NCBI GenBank assembly: GCA_963773065.1
Contig: CAVYZN010000032.1
Coordinates: forward strand, 288,001 to 352,000
DNA from: an uncultured Gammaproteobacteria bacterium
Lineage (GTDB): Bacteria; Pseudomonadota; Gammaproteobacteria; UBA9214
Length of the DNA stretch: 64,000 nucleotides
Direction of reading: 5' to 3'
Both the position numbers and the translations under genes were made by a program. Below the pieces are notes generated by a model, which worked only from the letters and a program-made list of their open reading frames with translations, did not search any database and was not told the DNA's origin. This document shows, in pieces, positions 49,498-58,997 of this stretch; the stretch's first letter is position 1, and each line of letters begins with the position of its first letter.

Positions 49498-50694
49498 TTA
49501 CCCGCCCTGGCCATCAATGCGGGGTTTGAGCAGCATGGGCAGGCAGGTAAACAGAAACGCCGCGAACGCGGCTATCCACAACGCCTGGGACAAGCCGATC
49601 CAGAGCGCGTAATGCCCGGGATCGACCAAGGGCAACAGCACCCTGATCAGCGCCCCCAGCATCAATACGGCAAACATCCAGAACAGAACCGGTGGCGGCT
49701 CCTGGATGTTTCTGCCCGTATGGGCGAGCGTCACGCGCGTCATCATACCGAGTGTGAACAAGCCGATTCCCCCATAGGCGAAGGCGTGCAGCGCAAGCAG
49801 CGGTGAAACAGCGACCAGCGGGACAGCGGCCTTGAGCGCAAACCCCAGCACCAGGAAACCATAACCGCCATAGAGCACCCACAGCAACGGCCTGCGCCAG
49901 ATGCCCGGCGTGTACCAGCCGGCCATGCGCAGCGCGTGCAGGATGAACAGCAGACCGGCCAGAGCGGCAACGAGGCGGCTGTCGGGTTGCAGGATATCGG
50001 CTATCCAGAAGACAAGAAATAGCAGCAGGCCGGCGGCATCCAGCCAACGCCGGTTTATCAGCCGCACGGGACGAGCGACACCCTTTTCGATAAACATGGG
50101 CAGCACGCGTCTGGACATGACCAGGATGAGGGCGACGATGAGATACAGCCCCGAGTACAGTCCCTCCCGTACCCCATGCGGTAGAATCTCGAGGGCGCCG
50201 GCATAGAACAGCAGATTGCCGCACATCAACAGGATTAGCTTGGACAGGATGCCCATCTGCCGCCACTGCCGCACCTTGATGACCGGTCGTGCAATGGCGA
50301 TCAGCAGGATGGCGGCAAACAGGGTGTCCGCCAGCGCACCCAGCGCAAGCGGCACGCCATCCCCTGCGAAGACCAGCAAGCGTGCCGCGGCCCACAACAG
50401 CAACAGCAGCAGCAACGGCAGGCCCTGGAGCGTCTGGACACCGGTCCAGTTGTGCACGGCTGTCAACAGAAAACCAGCGATTACCGCCATGGCGTAGCCA
50501 TAGACCATTTCATGGGCGTGCCAGACGACGGCAGGCAGACCGCCGGGCAGCCACCCGCGACCAAAGACATAGACCTGCATCCAGGTCAGCATGGACAGGA
50601 CTGAAAATACCGCGGCGGCGGTGAAGAAGGGGCGAAAACCCAGACTCAGAAACACGGGTTGATGCCGGCGAGGCGTGTCGTCGGGATCATGCAT
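49498..50694 (-). CDS. nnrS: NnrS family protein (NO stress)
   Basis: Motifs GFRPFF, WHAHEMVYG, GFLLTAVHNWTG and MMTRVTLAHTGR. Confidence 0.93.
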   Translation of the reverse strand: MHDPDDTPRRHQPVFLSLGFRPFFTAAAVFSVLSMLTWMQVYVFGRGWLPGGLPAVVWHAHEMVYGYAMAVIAGFLLTAVHNWTGVQTLQGLPLLLLLLLWAAARLLVFAGDGVPLALGALADTLFAAILLIAIARPVIKVRQWRQMGILSKLILLMCGNLLFYAGALEILPHGVREGLYSGLYLIVALILVMSRRVLPMFIEKGVARPVRLINRRWLDAAGLLLFLVFWIADILQPDSRLVAALAGLLFILHALRMAGWYTPGIWRRPLLWVLYGGYGFLVLGFALKAAVPLVAVSPLLALHAFAYGGIGLFTLGMMTRVTLAHTGRNIQEPPPVLFWMFAVLMLGALIRVLLPLVDPGHYALWIGLSQALWIAAFAAFLFTCLPMLLKPRIDGQGG

Positions 50695-50726
50695 GGGCGG
50701 GGCTGGTGCCGGATGCCTGAGGCATA

Positions 50727-51692
50727 TCAGGGGGACTGGTCATTCTCCACGGTAACGCGCTTCCAGTTATCACCGTCGCGCAGGAGTTCCTCCCTGGCCC
50801 AGTCCGCGAATTCCGCCCGGGTGAGAACGCCGGTGTTTCTGCGCCCTGCTCCGGCAACCACCTTGTAGACCACCATGTCCTTTTCTGGCTCGTGACCGAA
50901 GGAAGCATCGACGATCTGGCGAACCGACCAGTTGTCGCTGGATTGACCGTTACTGTAGTAGTGGCCCGGCAGGATCTGCGCCGGATCGAACCGCCGCTGT
51001 CTTTCCTTGCCCGTTGCGAGCGTGTAGATGCGCAGCAGGTCATCCTCCGTAATATCGACAAACGAATCGATCTGGCTGAGCGCATAGACCAGATCTTCAT
51101 GAGCAATTGGGCGGTAATGGTTTTTGTCCGCTGTTTTGTCGGGCTGCGGCTGGTGACGGGATGCCAGCCAGGCGGGGTAGCGTCTCCAGGCAAGGGGGTA
51201 ATTAAAGAGTACTGCGACAGCCAGGATGACCAGCGCATTGAGCAGCACCGGGGTGATGACGAATTGGTAGGCCAGCGCATGGACGCCCTCACCACCCATG
51301 ACGGCCGCAAGGGCCGTCGCGCCGCCCGGTGGATGTATGCAGCGCAGGTAATACATCACGAGGATGGCAAGACTGACCGCGAGGCCCGCCGCGAGGAATG
51401 GCTGGGGAATAACCCTGGCACAGGTCACGCCGATGCCTGCCGCTATGACATGACCGCCTAGGACCGGCCAGGGTTGCGACATGCTGCCATGCGGAACCGC
51501 GAACAGCAGCACCGTCGAGGCGCCCATCGAGGCTACGATCAGCGCACTCGCCGTGCCGGCAAAATGCTGGGTAATGAGCAGTATCAAAACGACGCCGGCA
51601 AAGCCCCCCAGAGCCGAGACCAGCTTCTCGGTGTGGCTCACGAGACCCGGCTCGACGCCGAAAACTTCCGACCATTTTTTCATGTCGCGCAT
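50727..51692 (-). CDS. HPP family membrane protein with a non-CBS C-terminal domain
   Basis: Motifs SMGASTVLLFAVP, QPWPVLGG and CIHPPGGA. Confidence 0.9.
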   Translation of the reverse strand: MRDMKKWSEVFGVEPGLVSHTEKLVSALGGFAGVVLILLITQHFAGTASALIVASMGASTVLLFAVPHGSMSQPWPVLGGHVIAAGIGVTCARVIPQPFLAAGLAVSLAILVMYYLRCIHPPGGATALAAVMGGEGVHALAYQFVITPVLLNALVILAVAVLFNYPLAWRRYPAWLASRHQPQPDKTADKNHYRPIAHEDLVYALSQIDSFVDITEDDLLRIYTLATGKERQRRFDPAQILPGHYYSNGQSSDNWSVRQIVDASFGHEPEKDMVVYKVVAGAGRRNTGVLTRAEFADWAREELLRDGDNWKRVTVENDQSP

Positions 51693-51766
51693 GCGTTTCG
51701 CTCCGGTACGTATGAATCGGTTATTGTATCTATATCGCGTGCTTTCATCTGAGCGGTACCAGCCTG

Positions 51767-52822
51767 CTAGACCGAAAGCGCCGGTTCATCCAGCAGCGCC
51801 GCCTGTTCTCTCAGCGCCAGCACATGATCTTCCCAGTAGCGCGTGGTATAGAACCAGGGGAATGCCTGGAGGAAGGCGGGATCATCCCGGCGCCGTGCCA
51901 GCCAGGCGGCGTAATGGATCATCCGCAAAGTGCGCAAGGGCTCGATCAACCGCAGCTCGAGATGATTGAAATCATGGAACTGCGCATACCCTTCCAGTAT
52001 GTCACCCAGTTGCCTCTGCATCTCCTCGCGCCCGCCCGAGATCAGCATCCATAGGTCCTGGATGGCCGGCCCCGAGCGGCAATCATCCAGGTCCACGAAA
52101 TGGGGGCCCTGTTCCGTCCACAGGATATTGCCGGGGTGGCAGTCTCCATGCAGGCGTATCTGCCTGACGGGACCGGCTTCGGCAAAGCCGGCGCCGACCT
52201 GCCGCAGCAAGTCTTCGCTGAGGGTATGGTAGGCGGTTTCGAGATGTGGCGGGATGAATCCCTGCTCGAGCAGGAAGCGGCAGGACTGGCGGCCGAAGCT
52301 GTCGATATCCAGCGCGGGGCGATGGCGGAACGGGCGCGCCGACCCGACGGCATGAAGGCGCGCGAGAAAACGCCCCATCCACAAACGCTCATCACGCCGG
52401 TTCAATTCAGGCCAGCGTCCGCCTTGGCGCGGGTAGAGCGCGTAGCGATAGCCGTGCCAGACATGCAGCGTCGTTGCGTCGAAGATCAGCGGGGCGACAA
52501 CCGGGATTTCCTGCGCGGCCAGCTCCAGCGCCAGGGCATGTTCCTCCAGGATCGCCGCGTTGGACCAGCGCCCCGGCCGATAGTACTTCGCGATGATCGG
52601 TGGCGCGTCTTCGATGCCGATCTGGTAGACACGGTTTTCGTAGCTGTTGAGGGCGAGGAACTGGCCGTTGGGCCGGTAGCCGCACTGTTCGACGGCATCC
52701 AGCAGGGTGTCGGGCGTTAAACCCGCATAGTCGGCTGGCGCCGGATGGGATGGGTGCTGCACAGTGATGGCCGGCTCCGCGTGGTGATCGGGCAGATTAA
52801 TCCAGCGGGGTATCGCTGACAA
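51767..52822 (-). CDS. srkA: Ser/Thr stress kinase SrkA (RdoA/YihE)
   Basis: Motifs LNSYENRVY, KYYRPGRW, LHGDCHPGN, VDLDD and IQDLWM. The start is uncertain. Confidence 0.92.
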   Translation of the reverse strand: MSAIPRWINLPDHHAEPAITVQHPSHPAPADYAGLTPDTLLDAVEQCGYRPNGQFLALNSYENRVYQIGIEDAPPIIAKYYRPGRWSNAAILEEHALALELAAQEIPVVAPLIFDATTLHVWHGYRYALYPRQGGRWPELNRRDERLWMGRFLARLHAVGSARPFRHRPALDIDSFGRQSCRFLLEQGFIPPHLETAYHTLSEDLLRQVGAGFAEAGPVRQIRLHGDCHPGNILWTEQGPHFVDLDDCRSGPAIQDLWMLISGGREEMQRQLGDILEGYAQFHDFNHLELRLIEPLRTLRMIHYAAWLARRRDDPAFLQAFPWFYTTRYWEDHVLALREQAALLDEPALSV

Positions 52823-53192
52823 GGTTGCCCCCGCTACTGCGCGCCGGCGCGCGGCTCAATCCGAAGCGTGGCGCAGACATCACGGGACTGCCGGCATTGC
52901 GTTGCGCAACGACGGTACTCCAGGCGAACGCCCGGCGGGCAAGCTGGCATCTAGCCCGCCGCTGGCGGCGGACTTGTTAACATATCCCCGTCATTCTCGT
53001 GTATCCTCGGCGCACGCAACAGGTGCCGCACCGCGCCCCTGCCAATTTATCAGGCGATTGCCTGCCGGTGCCTGGCGTCTGAAGACTGGAGAGGATCCCC
53101 GCCGGTTATACAGGGATTGGCGACGGGCCGTAACGGACTCATTGGTCAGCGGCGGGTTTAACGGAACTTACCAGGAGGAAGGTGAACGCATT

Positions 53193-53863
53193 ATGTTGGA
53201 AGAACCGTATACAGTGCGGAACAGAGTAATGTCGTACGGATTGGCGGCGGCCGGCTTGCTGATTGCCGGCACGGCCAATGCCTATGATTTTGGCAATCCG
53301 GGGGAGCCCTCCGCATCGCCGGACAACTATGCGGGCGGTGATTATTACCGCTTTCCAGGCATTGGTACGTCGGGTTACCTCGACCCCGGCTACGCGTTCT
53401 CCGCTACTGAAGGATATGGTTATCCGGGTTATGACGTTGGCGGTTATGGCCTGCGCGGCAATGGGTGGGGCGGCTACGGTTATCCTGGTTACGGCCTGTC
53501 CGGTTACGGTGATACGGGCTATGGCTATGGCTCTGTCCTCGGCGCCCGCGGTTATTACGCCCCCCCTCGGGTGCGCCGGAATCCGCTCCGGCGGCGGACC
53601 GGAACTATATCCGGCGGCTGGAAGAACGAATCAGGAAACTTGAAAATGCCAACAAACAGTCGTTGCCTGCCTATGGTGTGCGGTACGGTAATTCGCCGTT
53701 ACCTCCCTACAACGGCGGACACCCGGGTTACGAGGCGCCGGCGGCGGGTTACTTCGGACAGCCTGAAATCAAGGGTGCAAGTCCGCAGGGCGGCAATCAT
53801 ACCGATTACCCGACATACCAGCCGACCTACGGTGGCCAGCCCACTTATCAGTTCCGGCAATGA
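53193..53863 (+). CDS. Secreted Gly/Tyr/Pro-rich low-complexity protein (sulfur-globule-protein-like; frameshift at the C7 run 53560-53566)
   Basis: GGAGGA RBS-like sequence, a signal peptide ending ANA, and GYGYPGY repeats. The second frame gives a short coiled coil (YIRRLEERIRKLE) and a YQPTY-rich tail. Confidence 0.65.
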
Positions 53864-54042
53864 ATAAATTCCCGCCGTCATAACCAGGGCGCACGCCTGA
53901 GACGGGGTATGGCAATGGAAAGACAATCACCCGGCCATGCCTTGTGCGCAGCGACTCCGGCCGGCGTTTCCCGCGTCCTTGCCGTCTGCGTCTGTCCGAT
54001 CAGGCAGAGCCGGCCGGCACCACGAACAGCCTGATGCCGGCG

Positions 54043-55026
54043 TCAGTCGGATCGCCCGCAGATGGCCGCGTCAGTGAAATCACCCGCCGGCTGGCGGGTG
54101 CGAATTTCGGTGCGTGTCCGCTCCAGCAACCCGCGCAGTGAGGCATCGCCCCCGGGGCGGCCGAGAGCACCGTCCAGCGTTGCCAGGGCGGTGTGGAAAC
54201 AGCCGCGCTGCGCCAGCACCTCGGCGAGGTTGTTCCAGGCGGCGAGATAGGCCGGGTCGGCCTCCGTGGCCCGGCGATAACTGCGTTCGGCCGCCTGCCG
54301 GTCGCCGGCTTGATACTGGGTGTTGCCCAGCCCCAGCCAGGCGGTCGCGTCGTTCGGCCAGCGCGTCACGGCAGCGGCATAGGACTGCGCGGCGGCCTGC
54401 GCCTGGCCTGTTGACTCCAGGTCTGCGGCCGCCTTCAGGTAGACCGCGAGTGCCGGCCGCGCCGGCAGCTCCCCGGGGCGCAGCACGATGAGGCCCCAGT
54501 AGCCGGCCAGCCGCCAGGTCCTGAGGAACCGGGGGGCGGACATGACGTCACGGCGCGTGGCCCCCGAGCGCAGGATCAGCGCATCATCGTCCGGCTGATA
54601 ACCGATGACCACCGCGTAGTGCCAGACAGGATGGAAAGACAGGCCCAGATTCTGTAGGACCAGCACCGGGTGACCGGCCTTGATTTCCGCCAGCAGGGCG
54701 TGGATGTCGGGCGCGATGAGGTAGGGCATCCGCCCGTAGACCCGGGTGGCCGCCACCAGCTCGGCCTGGAGACTTCCCTGTCTGTCCGGCAGATAGACCT
54801 TGGCAACAAGCTCCCCGGGTGCGACATCCACGCCGCTGCCGCGCAGCACGGTGGCCAGTGCGGCCGGCCCGCACTGGTGCTCTGTCTGGGGGAAGAACGG
54901 CGTCGCCTCGAGTTCGACTGCCGTGTAGCGCGCATCTTCGGGGAGCTGGGGCGCCAGCACGGGCGTCATGCCGGCACAGCCACTAAGCGCCAGTGCAAAG
55001 ACGGATACCGCGAGCCCGTATCTCAC
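54043..55026 (-). CDS. PA2778-family C39-like cysteine peptidase lipoprotein with TPR repeats
   Basis: Lipobox LSGC, PFFPQ...QCGPAALA (catalytic Cys), WHYAVVIGY (His) and C-terminal TPRs. Confidence 0.88.
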   Translation of the reverse strand: MRYGLAVSVFALALSGCAGMTPVLAPQLPEDARYTAVELEATPFFPQTEHQCGPAALATVLRGSGVDVAPGELVAKVYLPDRQGSLQAELVAATRVYGRMPYLIAPDIHALLAEIKAGHPVLVLQNLGLSFHPVWHYAVVIGYQPDDDALILRSGATRRDVMSAPRFLRTWRLAGYWGLIVLRPGELPARPALAVYLKAAADLESTGQAQAAAQSYAAAVTRWPNDATAWLGLGNTQYQAGDRQAAERSYRRATEADPAYLAAWNNLAEVLAQRGCFHTALATLDGALGRPGGDASLRGLLERTRTEIRTRQPAGDFTDAAICGRSD

Positions 55027-55050
55027 ACGCCCCTGCTGCGATCGCCTTCC

Positions 55051-55437
55051 TCACATCTTCGTGAAGATGTTGGTGACTCCGACCAGTTCCAGGATGATCA
55101 ACACGACGAAGACGACACCGACGACGACCAGCAGTCCATCGCCGCCGGCTGGCAGGCTGTCGAGGTGCGGTTGCAACTGGGCGATCTCGGCGGGAGTCAG
55201 GGCATCCACCCGTTGCTCGGCAACCGCGGGATCGATACCCATCTGCACGAGCTGTCCGCGCACGTCTTCGCGGGCCAGCAGTTCCTTAAGATGCGACACG
55301 CTTTTATGGCCCTCCTGGGCGGCAATGGCGGCCGGGGTAGCAATGATCCCGGCGAGTGCCTGCTGGGGAAAGGTCGCCACGAGGAAATTGAACATCAGCA
55401 GATAAAGGCCCGCTTTCTTGATGGTTGTGCTGTGCAT
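55051..55437 (-). CDS. PA2779-family exported small protein
   Basis: Signal peptide, LAREDVRGQL..MGIDP...RVDALT.AE, PAGG and a hydrophobic C-terminus; directly upstream of the peptidase. Confidence 0.88.
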   Translation of the reverse strand: MHSTTIKKAGLYLLMFNFLVATFPQQALAGIIATPAAIAAQEGHKSVSHLKELLAREDVRGQLVQMGIDPAVAEQRVDALTPAEIAQLQPHLDSLPAGGDGLLVVVGVVFVVLIILELVGVTNIFTKM

Positions 55438-55537
55438 GGTATCTCCCTGTCCTGTCGTTAGAAAATGCCGGGATGGCGGAGCGTATTATAGCCGTATTTT
55501 TATCCCTGTAACCGGGGTAATTCGCCACCGATCCCGC

Positions 55538-56773
55538 CTACTCCACCAGCAGACCGAGTTTGCGCGCCAGCCATTTGGTCGTGGTCGCCTGGATCAGGAT
55601 GGTCATGATGATGGCGATGAAGGTTATGGAGGCGATGATTTCCGCCCCGGGCGCCTTCATGCCGAGCAGCAGTCCGGCCAGGGCGGCGGGGATCACGCCG
55701 GTCTCGCGCGTCCAGCACATGAACAGCAGCTCCTTGAAACTCCATTTCGCCCGCCGGTCGGGCAACGCGCAAAGAAACACGGCGGTGGGCCTCGCGATGA
55801 GCATGAATACGGTCACGATGATGATGCCCCCCACGAGGTATTTGTTCATCAGGGCGAAGTCGATCTGCGAGCCGAGCAGGAGGAAGATGAACATGCGCAT
55901 GATGAGCGCCGTCATCATCACGAATTCGTCGAGACGCCGGTTTTCATCTTCCTCCATGCTGAAGCCGAAGGACTCCTTGTTGCCCAGCATCAGTCCGAAA
56001 ACGAACACGGCCATGAAGCCGCTCGCATGCAGGTTGTCGGCGCCGAGAAAGGCGGCGATCATCGCCATCAGCGTCACCAGCGGCGCGTATTCCGACAGGA
56101 AATCGTACTTCTTGTGGCTGATGACGAAATCCGCCGCATAGCCGAGGATGACGCCGGCGATGATGCCGATGCCGGCCTGGAGGAAGAAGTCGCCGAGCAC
56201 GGATCCCATCGAGAACTCTCCGGTTCCCGTCGCCACCGCCAGCACGGCGAACGTCATCACGGCCCCGGTGGCGTCGTTGAGCGCCGATTCGCTCACCACC
56301 ATCTGCGCCACGCGGTCGCGGACATGTATCTGGCGGAAGATGGGCACCAGCGTCGCCGGGTCGGTCGAGGCGATGGCCGACCCCAGCAGCAGCGCGACGA
56401 TCAACGGCACGCCGAGGACGTAATAGGCAGTAAGACCCGTGATCGCCGCCGTCACCAAGACGCCGAGCGTGGCGATGACGACGATGGTAATCCACACCTC
56501 CTTCAGAACCCTGAAACGCAACGACGCGCCGCCGTCGAAGAGGAGGTAGCATGCCCCGAAGATGAGGATGATCTCGTTCAGCCACGAATCGGCCTTGAGC
56601 TGCACCAGGCCCGAGACCTCCGGCCCCAGCAGTATCCCGACCAGCAGGAAGACGACGATATCGGGAACCTTGAGCCATACCGCGAGCAGGCGGGAGAACG
56701 TGCCGAAGGCAATGAGGATCAGGAAGATCAGCAGGATGTTCTTGGCGATCTCGATACTGTTGGCCGTTTCCAC
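55538..56773 (-). CDS. CPA1 / NhaP-type cation:proton antiporter
   Basis: About 12 TM helices with LFDGG, STDPATL, ESALNDA, SGFMAVF and RETGVIPAAL. Confidence 0.9.
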   Translation of the reverse strand: METANSIEIAKNILLIFLILIAFGTFSRLLAVWLKVPDIVVFLLVGILLGPEVSGLVQLKADSWLNEIILIFGACYLLFDGGASLRFRVLKEVWITIVVIATLGVLVTAAITGLTAYYVLGVPLIVALLLGSAIASTDPATLVPIFRQIHVRDRVAQMVVSESALNDATGAVMTFAVLAVATGTGEFSMGSVLGDFFLQAGIGIIAGVILGYAADFVISHKKYDFLSEYAPLVTLMAMIAAFLGADNLHASGFMAVFVFGLMLGNKESFGFSMEEDENRRLDEFVMMTALIMRMFIFLLLGSQIDFALMNKYLVGGIIIVTVFMLIARPTAVFLCALPDRRAKWSFKELLFMCWTRETGVIPAALAGLLLGMKAPGAEIIASITFIAIIMTILIQATTTKWLARKLGLLVE

Positions 56774-57107
56774 TTTTTTTCTCCCTAAGACGAGGCTGAC
56801 GCGGATGAGCGGTGTCGGGGCACGCCCCGAGCGTGGTTTTTCTACCGGCGCATTATAACGACATGCCGATGGTAAAGCCCACAGCAGGCGTTCCACTCAC
56901 GCGGATGCCGGGGACAAGTCGCATCCTCGTCAGCCAGGTTTACCTGACGGCGACGGGGTCGGGATATCGGGAAATGGTGTCGAAGTGCGTTTCTCATTAC
57001 TATACGCAGGGAATGACCTCCGACTTCATTTGTCATATCGGGCATCGCGCCGACGGGCTCTATCCAGGCCCGGCGGTGACGGCGTTGCGCCGGCTCTCCC
57101 GGCGCCC

Positions 57108-57632
57108 GTGAACAGCCCGCCCGATTACACGGATGCCCTCGATGTCGAGGGCACACAGGTGACGATCCGCGCGATGCGGCCGACCGACCGCGATATCGAG
57201 GACCAGTTCGTCCGGCGACTGACCCCAACCTCGAAGTATTACCGCTTCCATTCCGCCTTGCGAGTGCTCACCGTGCCCATGCTCGATCGTTTCACCCAGG
57301 TGAACTACCCGGATGAGATGGCGTTGATCGCGACGGTGCGCGAGGCGGAATCCGAACGGGAGATCGCGGTCGCGCGCTATGTGCGCACCCGGGAACCCGG
57401 CACGGCCGAAATCGCCGTGGTCGTGGCCGATGAATGGCAGGGCAAGGGCATCGGCCGCCGGCTCCTCCTGGACCTGCGGGACATCGCCTTCCGGGCCGGC
57501 TTCAGACACCTGGAGGCCCGCGTGCTACCGGACAACCGGCGCATGCTGCAACTGGCCAAGGACCTCGGCTTCCGCGTCAAACCCGGCGGCGATGATCCCA
57601 GCGCCGTCGAGCTGGGCAAGGACGTCGATTGA
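57108..57632 (+). CDS. Stand-alone GNAT acetyltransferase (Pat-like GNAT domain)
   Basis: Motifs IRAMRPTD, SKYYRF, AVARY, AEIAVVVADEWQGKGIG and NRRML. The start is uncertain. Confidence 0.85.
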   Translation: MNSPPDYTDALDVEGTQVTIRAMRPTDRDIEDQFVRRLTPTSKYYRFHSALRVLTVPMLDRFTQVNYPDEMALIATVREAESEREIAVARYVRTREPGTAEIAVVVADEWQGKGIGRRLLLDLRDIAFRAGFRHLEARVLPDNRRMLQLAKDLGFRVKPGGDDPSAVELGKDVD

Positions 57633-57833
57633 CCGAGCGGGGTCTGGCAATGCCATCTGCACTTCCTGTTAATATGGGCAGAATACTTAATTCCTGACAC
57701 GGTGTGCTGACGGCAACCCCCCATCAGCACGGAATGTTTCTATGCTTAGTAGCAGTGAAGTGAAGATGCCGAAGCAGGGATTATTTCTTCACTTCACTGT
57801 CAGTATGAGTTATCGACAACAAAGGAGACTGTC

Positions 57834-58043
57834 ATGTCCAATAGCGCGTACAAAGTCATCGATGTAATCGGCAGCAGCGAAACCTCATGGGAGGATGCGG
57901 CCCAGCAGGCAATCGCCGTCGCCAGCGAATCGCTCCATAACCTGCGTGTTGCGGAGGTCGTCAAACTCGACATGAAGATTGAGGGCGGCAAGGTCGTCGC
58001 CTATCGCGCCCGCCTGAATCTTTCCTTCAAGATCGAGCATTAA
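57834..58043 (+). CDS. Dodecin-family flavin-binding protein
   Basis: 69 aa with YKVIDVIGSS..SWEDAAQQAI and YRARLNLSFK; AAGGAG RBS. Confidence 0.9.
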   Translation: MSNSAYKVIDVIGSSETSWEDAAQQAIAVASESLHNLRVAEVVKLDMKIEGGKVVAYRARLNLSFKIEH

Positions 58044-58081
58044 GGGAACTCTGATTAACCGGTCATTTCGAAGAACAGAGA

Positions 58082-58137
58082 ATCGGGGCAAGCACAATAG
58101 TCGGTAATTTTAGTCGAATATTTGCTCCGACCCCGAT
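58082..58137. repeat. REP-like inverted repeat (CTCCGACCCC type)
   Basis: ATCGGGGCAAGCACAATA pairs imperfectly with TATTTGCTCCGACCCCGAT. Confidence 0.55.
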
Positions 58138-58283
58138 ATTTCGCTTGCGCGCCGGCGGTTTACAGGGCCGATCGGCGGGCAACTGTCACGTTGACGCGTA
58201 ACCGCTCGAGGGCTACATTGCGGGCGCGAGAGGGATTGAAATTCCTGTCATTCCATTAGCAACCGAACTGAAGGAGACTATAG

Positions 58284-58871
58284 ATGCGCGGACTAGGCAT
58301 TCCGGGTGGACTCATGATGGGCGCGTCATTGATCGTGTCGACGCTGACTGTGCAGGCGGCGGACGCGGCGGCGCCGATGACCGACGCGCAGTTGATCGCG
58401 AGCGCCATGACGGCGGCGCCGCCCAGTGTCGCAAAAGCGGCGACCATAGTAGCGATGGGCGGTGACGGCAAGATGCGCACGCTGCGACCCGGAAGCAACG
58501 GGTTCACGTGCATGCCGGACACGCCGGCCACGCCGGGTCCTGACCCGATGTGCATGGACAGGAACGCCTGGGAATGGGTGCATGCGTGGCTGGCGCATAC
58601 GACGCCTGCAGCGGGCAAGGTTGGTTTCATGTACATGCTCGCCGGCGGGACGGATGCCAGTAACACCGACCCGTACGCGACCAAGCCGGACGCTGGTAAT
58701 CATTGGATCAAGACCGGACCTCACGTCATGATCGTCGGCGCCGACGCGAGCTTCTACGATATCTATCCGAAGGGCGCCGACCCCGACACGTCGAGCCCTT
58801 ATGTGATGTGGGCGGGTACGCCCTACCAGCACCTCATGGCCCCGGTCAAGAGAGGTTCGAGTCGCGAGTGA
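58284..58871 (+). CDS. Secreted hypothetical protein with a conserved Cys/Met/His core
   Basis: AAGGAG RBS, a signal peptide, and LRPGSNGFTCMPD...PMCMD...YMLAGG...GPHVMI...HLMAP. Confidence 0.8.
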   Translation: MRGLGIPGGLMMGASLIVSTLTVQAADAAAPMTDAQLIASAMTAAPPSVAKAATIVAMGGDGKMRTLRPGSNGFTCMPDTPATPGPDPMCMDRNAWEWVHAWLAHTTPAAGKVGFMYMLAGGTDASNTDPYATKPDAGNHWIKTGPHVMIVGADASFYDIYPKGADPDTSSPYVMWAGTPYQHLMAPVKRGSSRE

Positions 58872-58903
58872 AACGATGCGGGTCTTGAATCTTAGATAAA
58901 CGC

Positions 58904-58984
58904 GGTCAGAGTCGATTGATCCAATGAGTGGCGCTAGAAAATCGGTCATTGATAGCGTTAATCGGTAATCAATCGACAGTGACC
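58904..58984. repeat. REP-like inverted repeat (GGTCAGAGTCG type)
   Basis: GGTCAGAGTCGATTGAT pairs with ATCAATCGACAGTGACC (15/17). Confidence 0.65.
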
Positions 58985-58997
58985 TCCATTGGTCCTT

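Noticed and set aside
51693-51766. NsrR or FNR/DNR box upstream of HPP-nnrS
   Set aside because: Only a half-site-like ATACA sequence, with no convincing palindrome.
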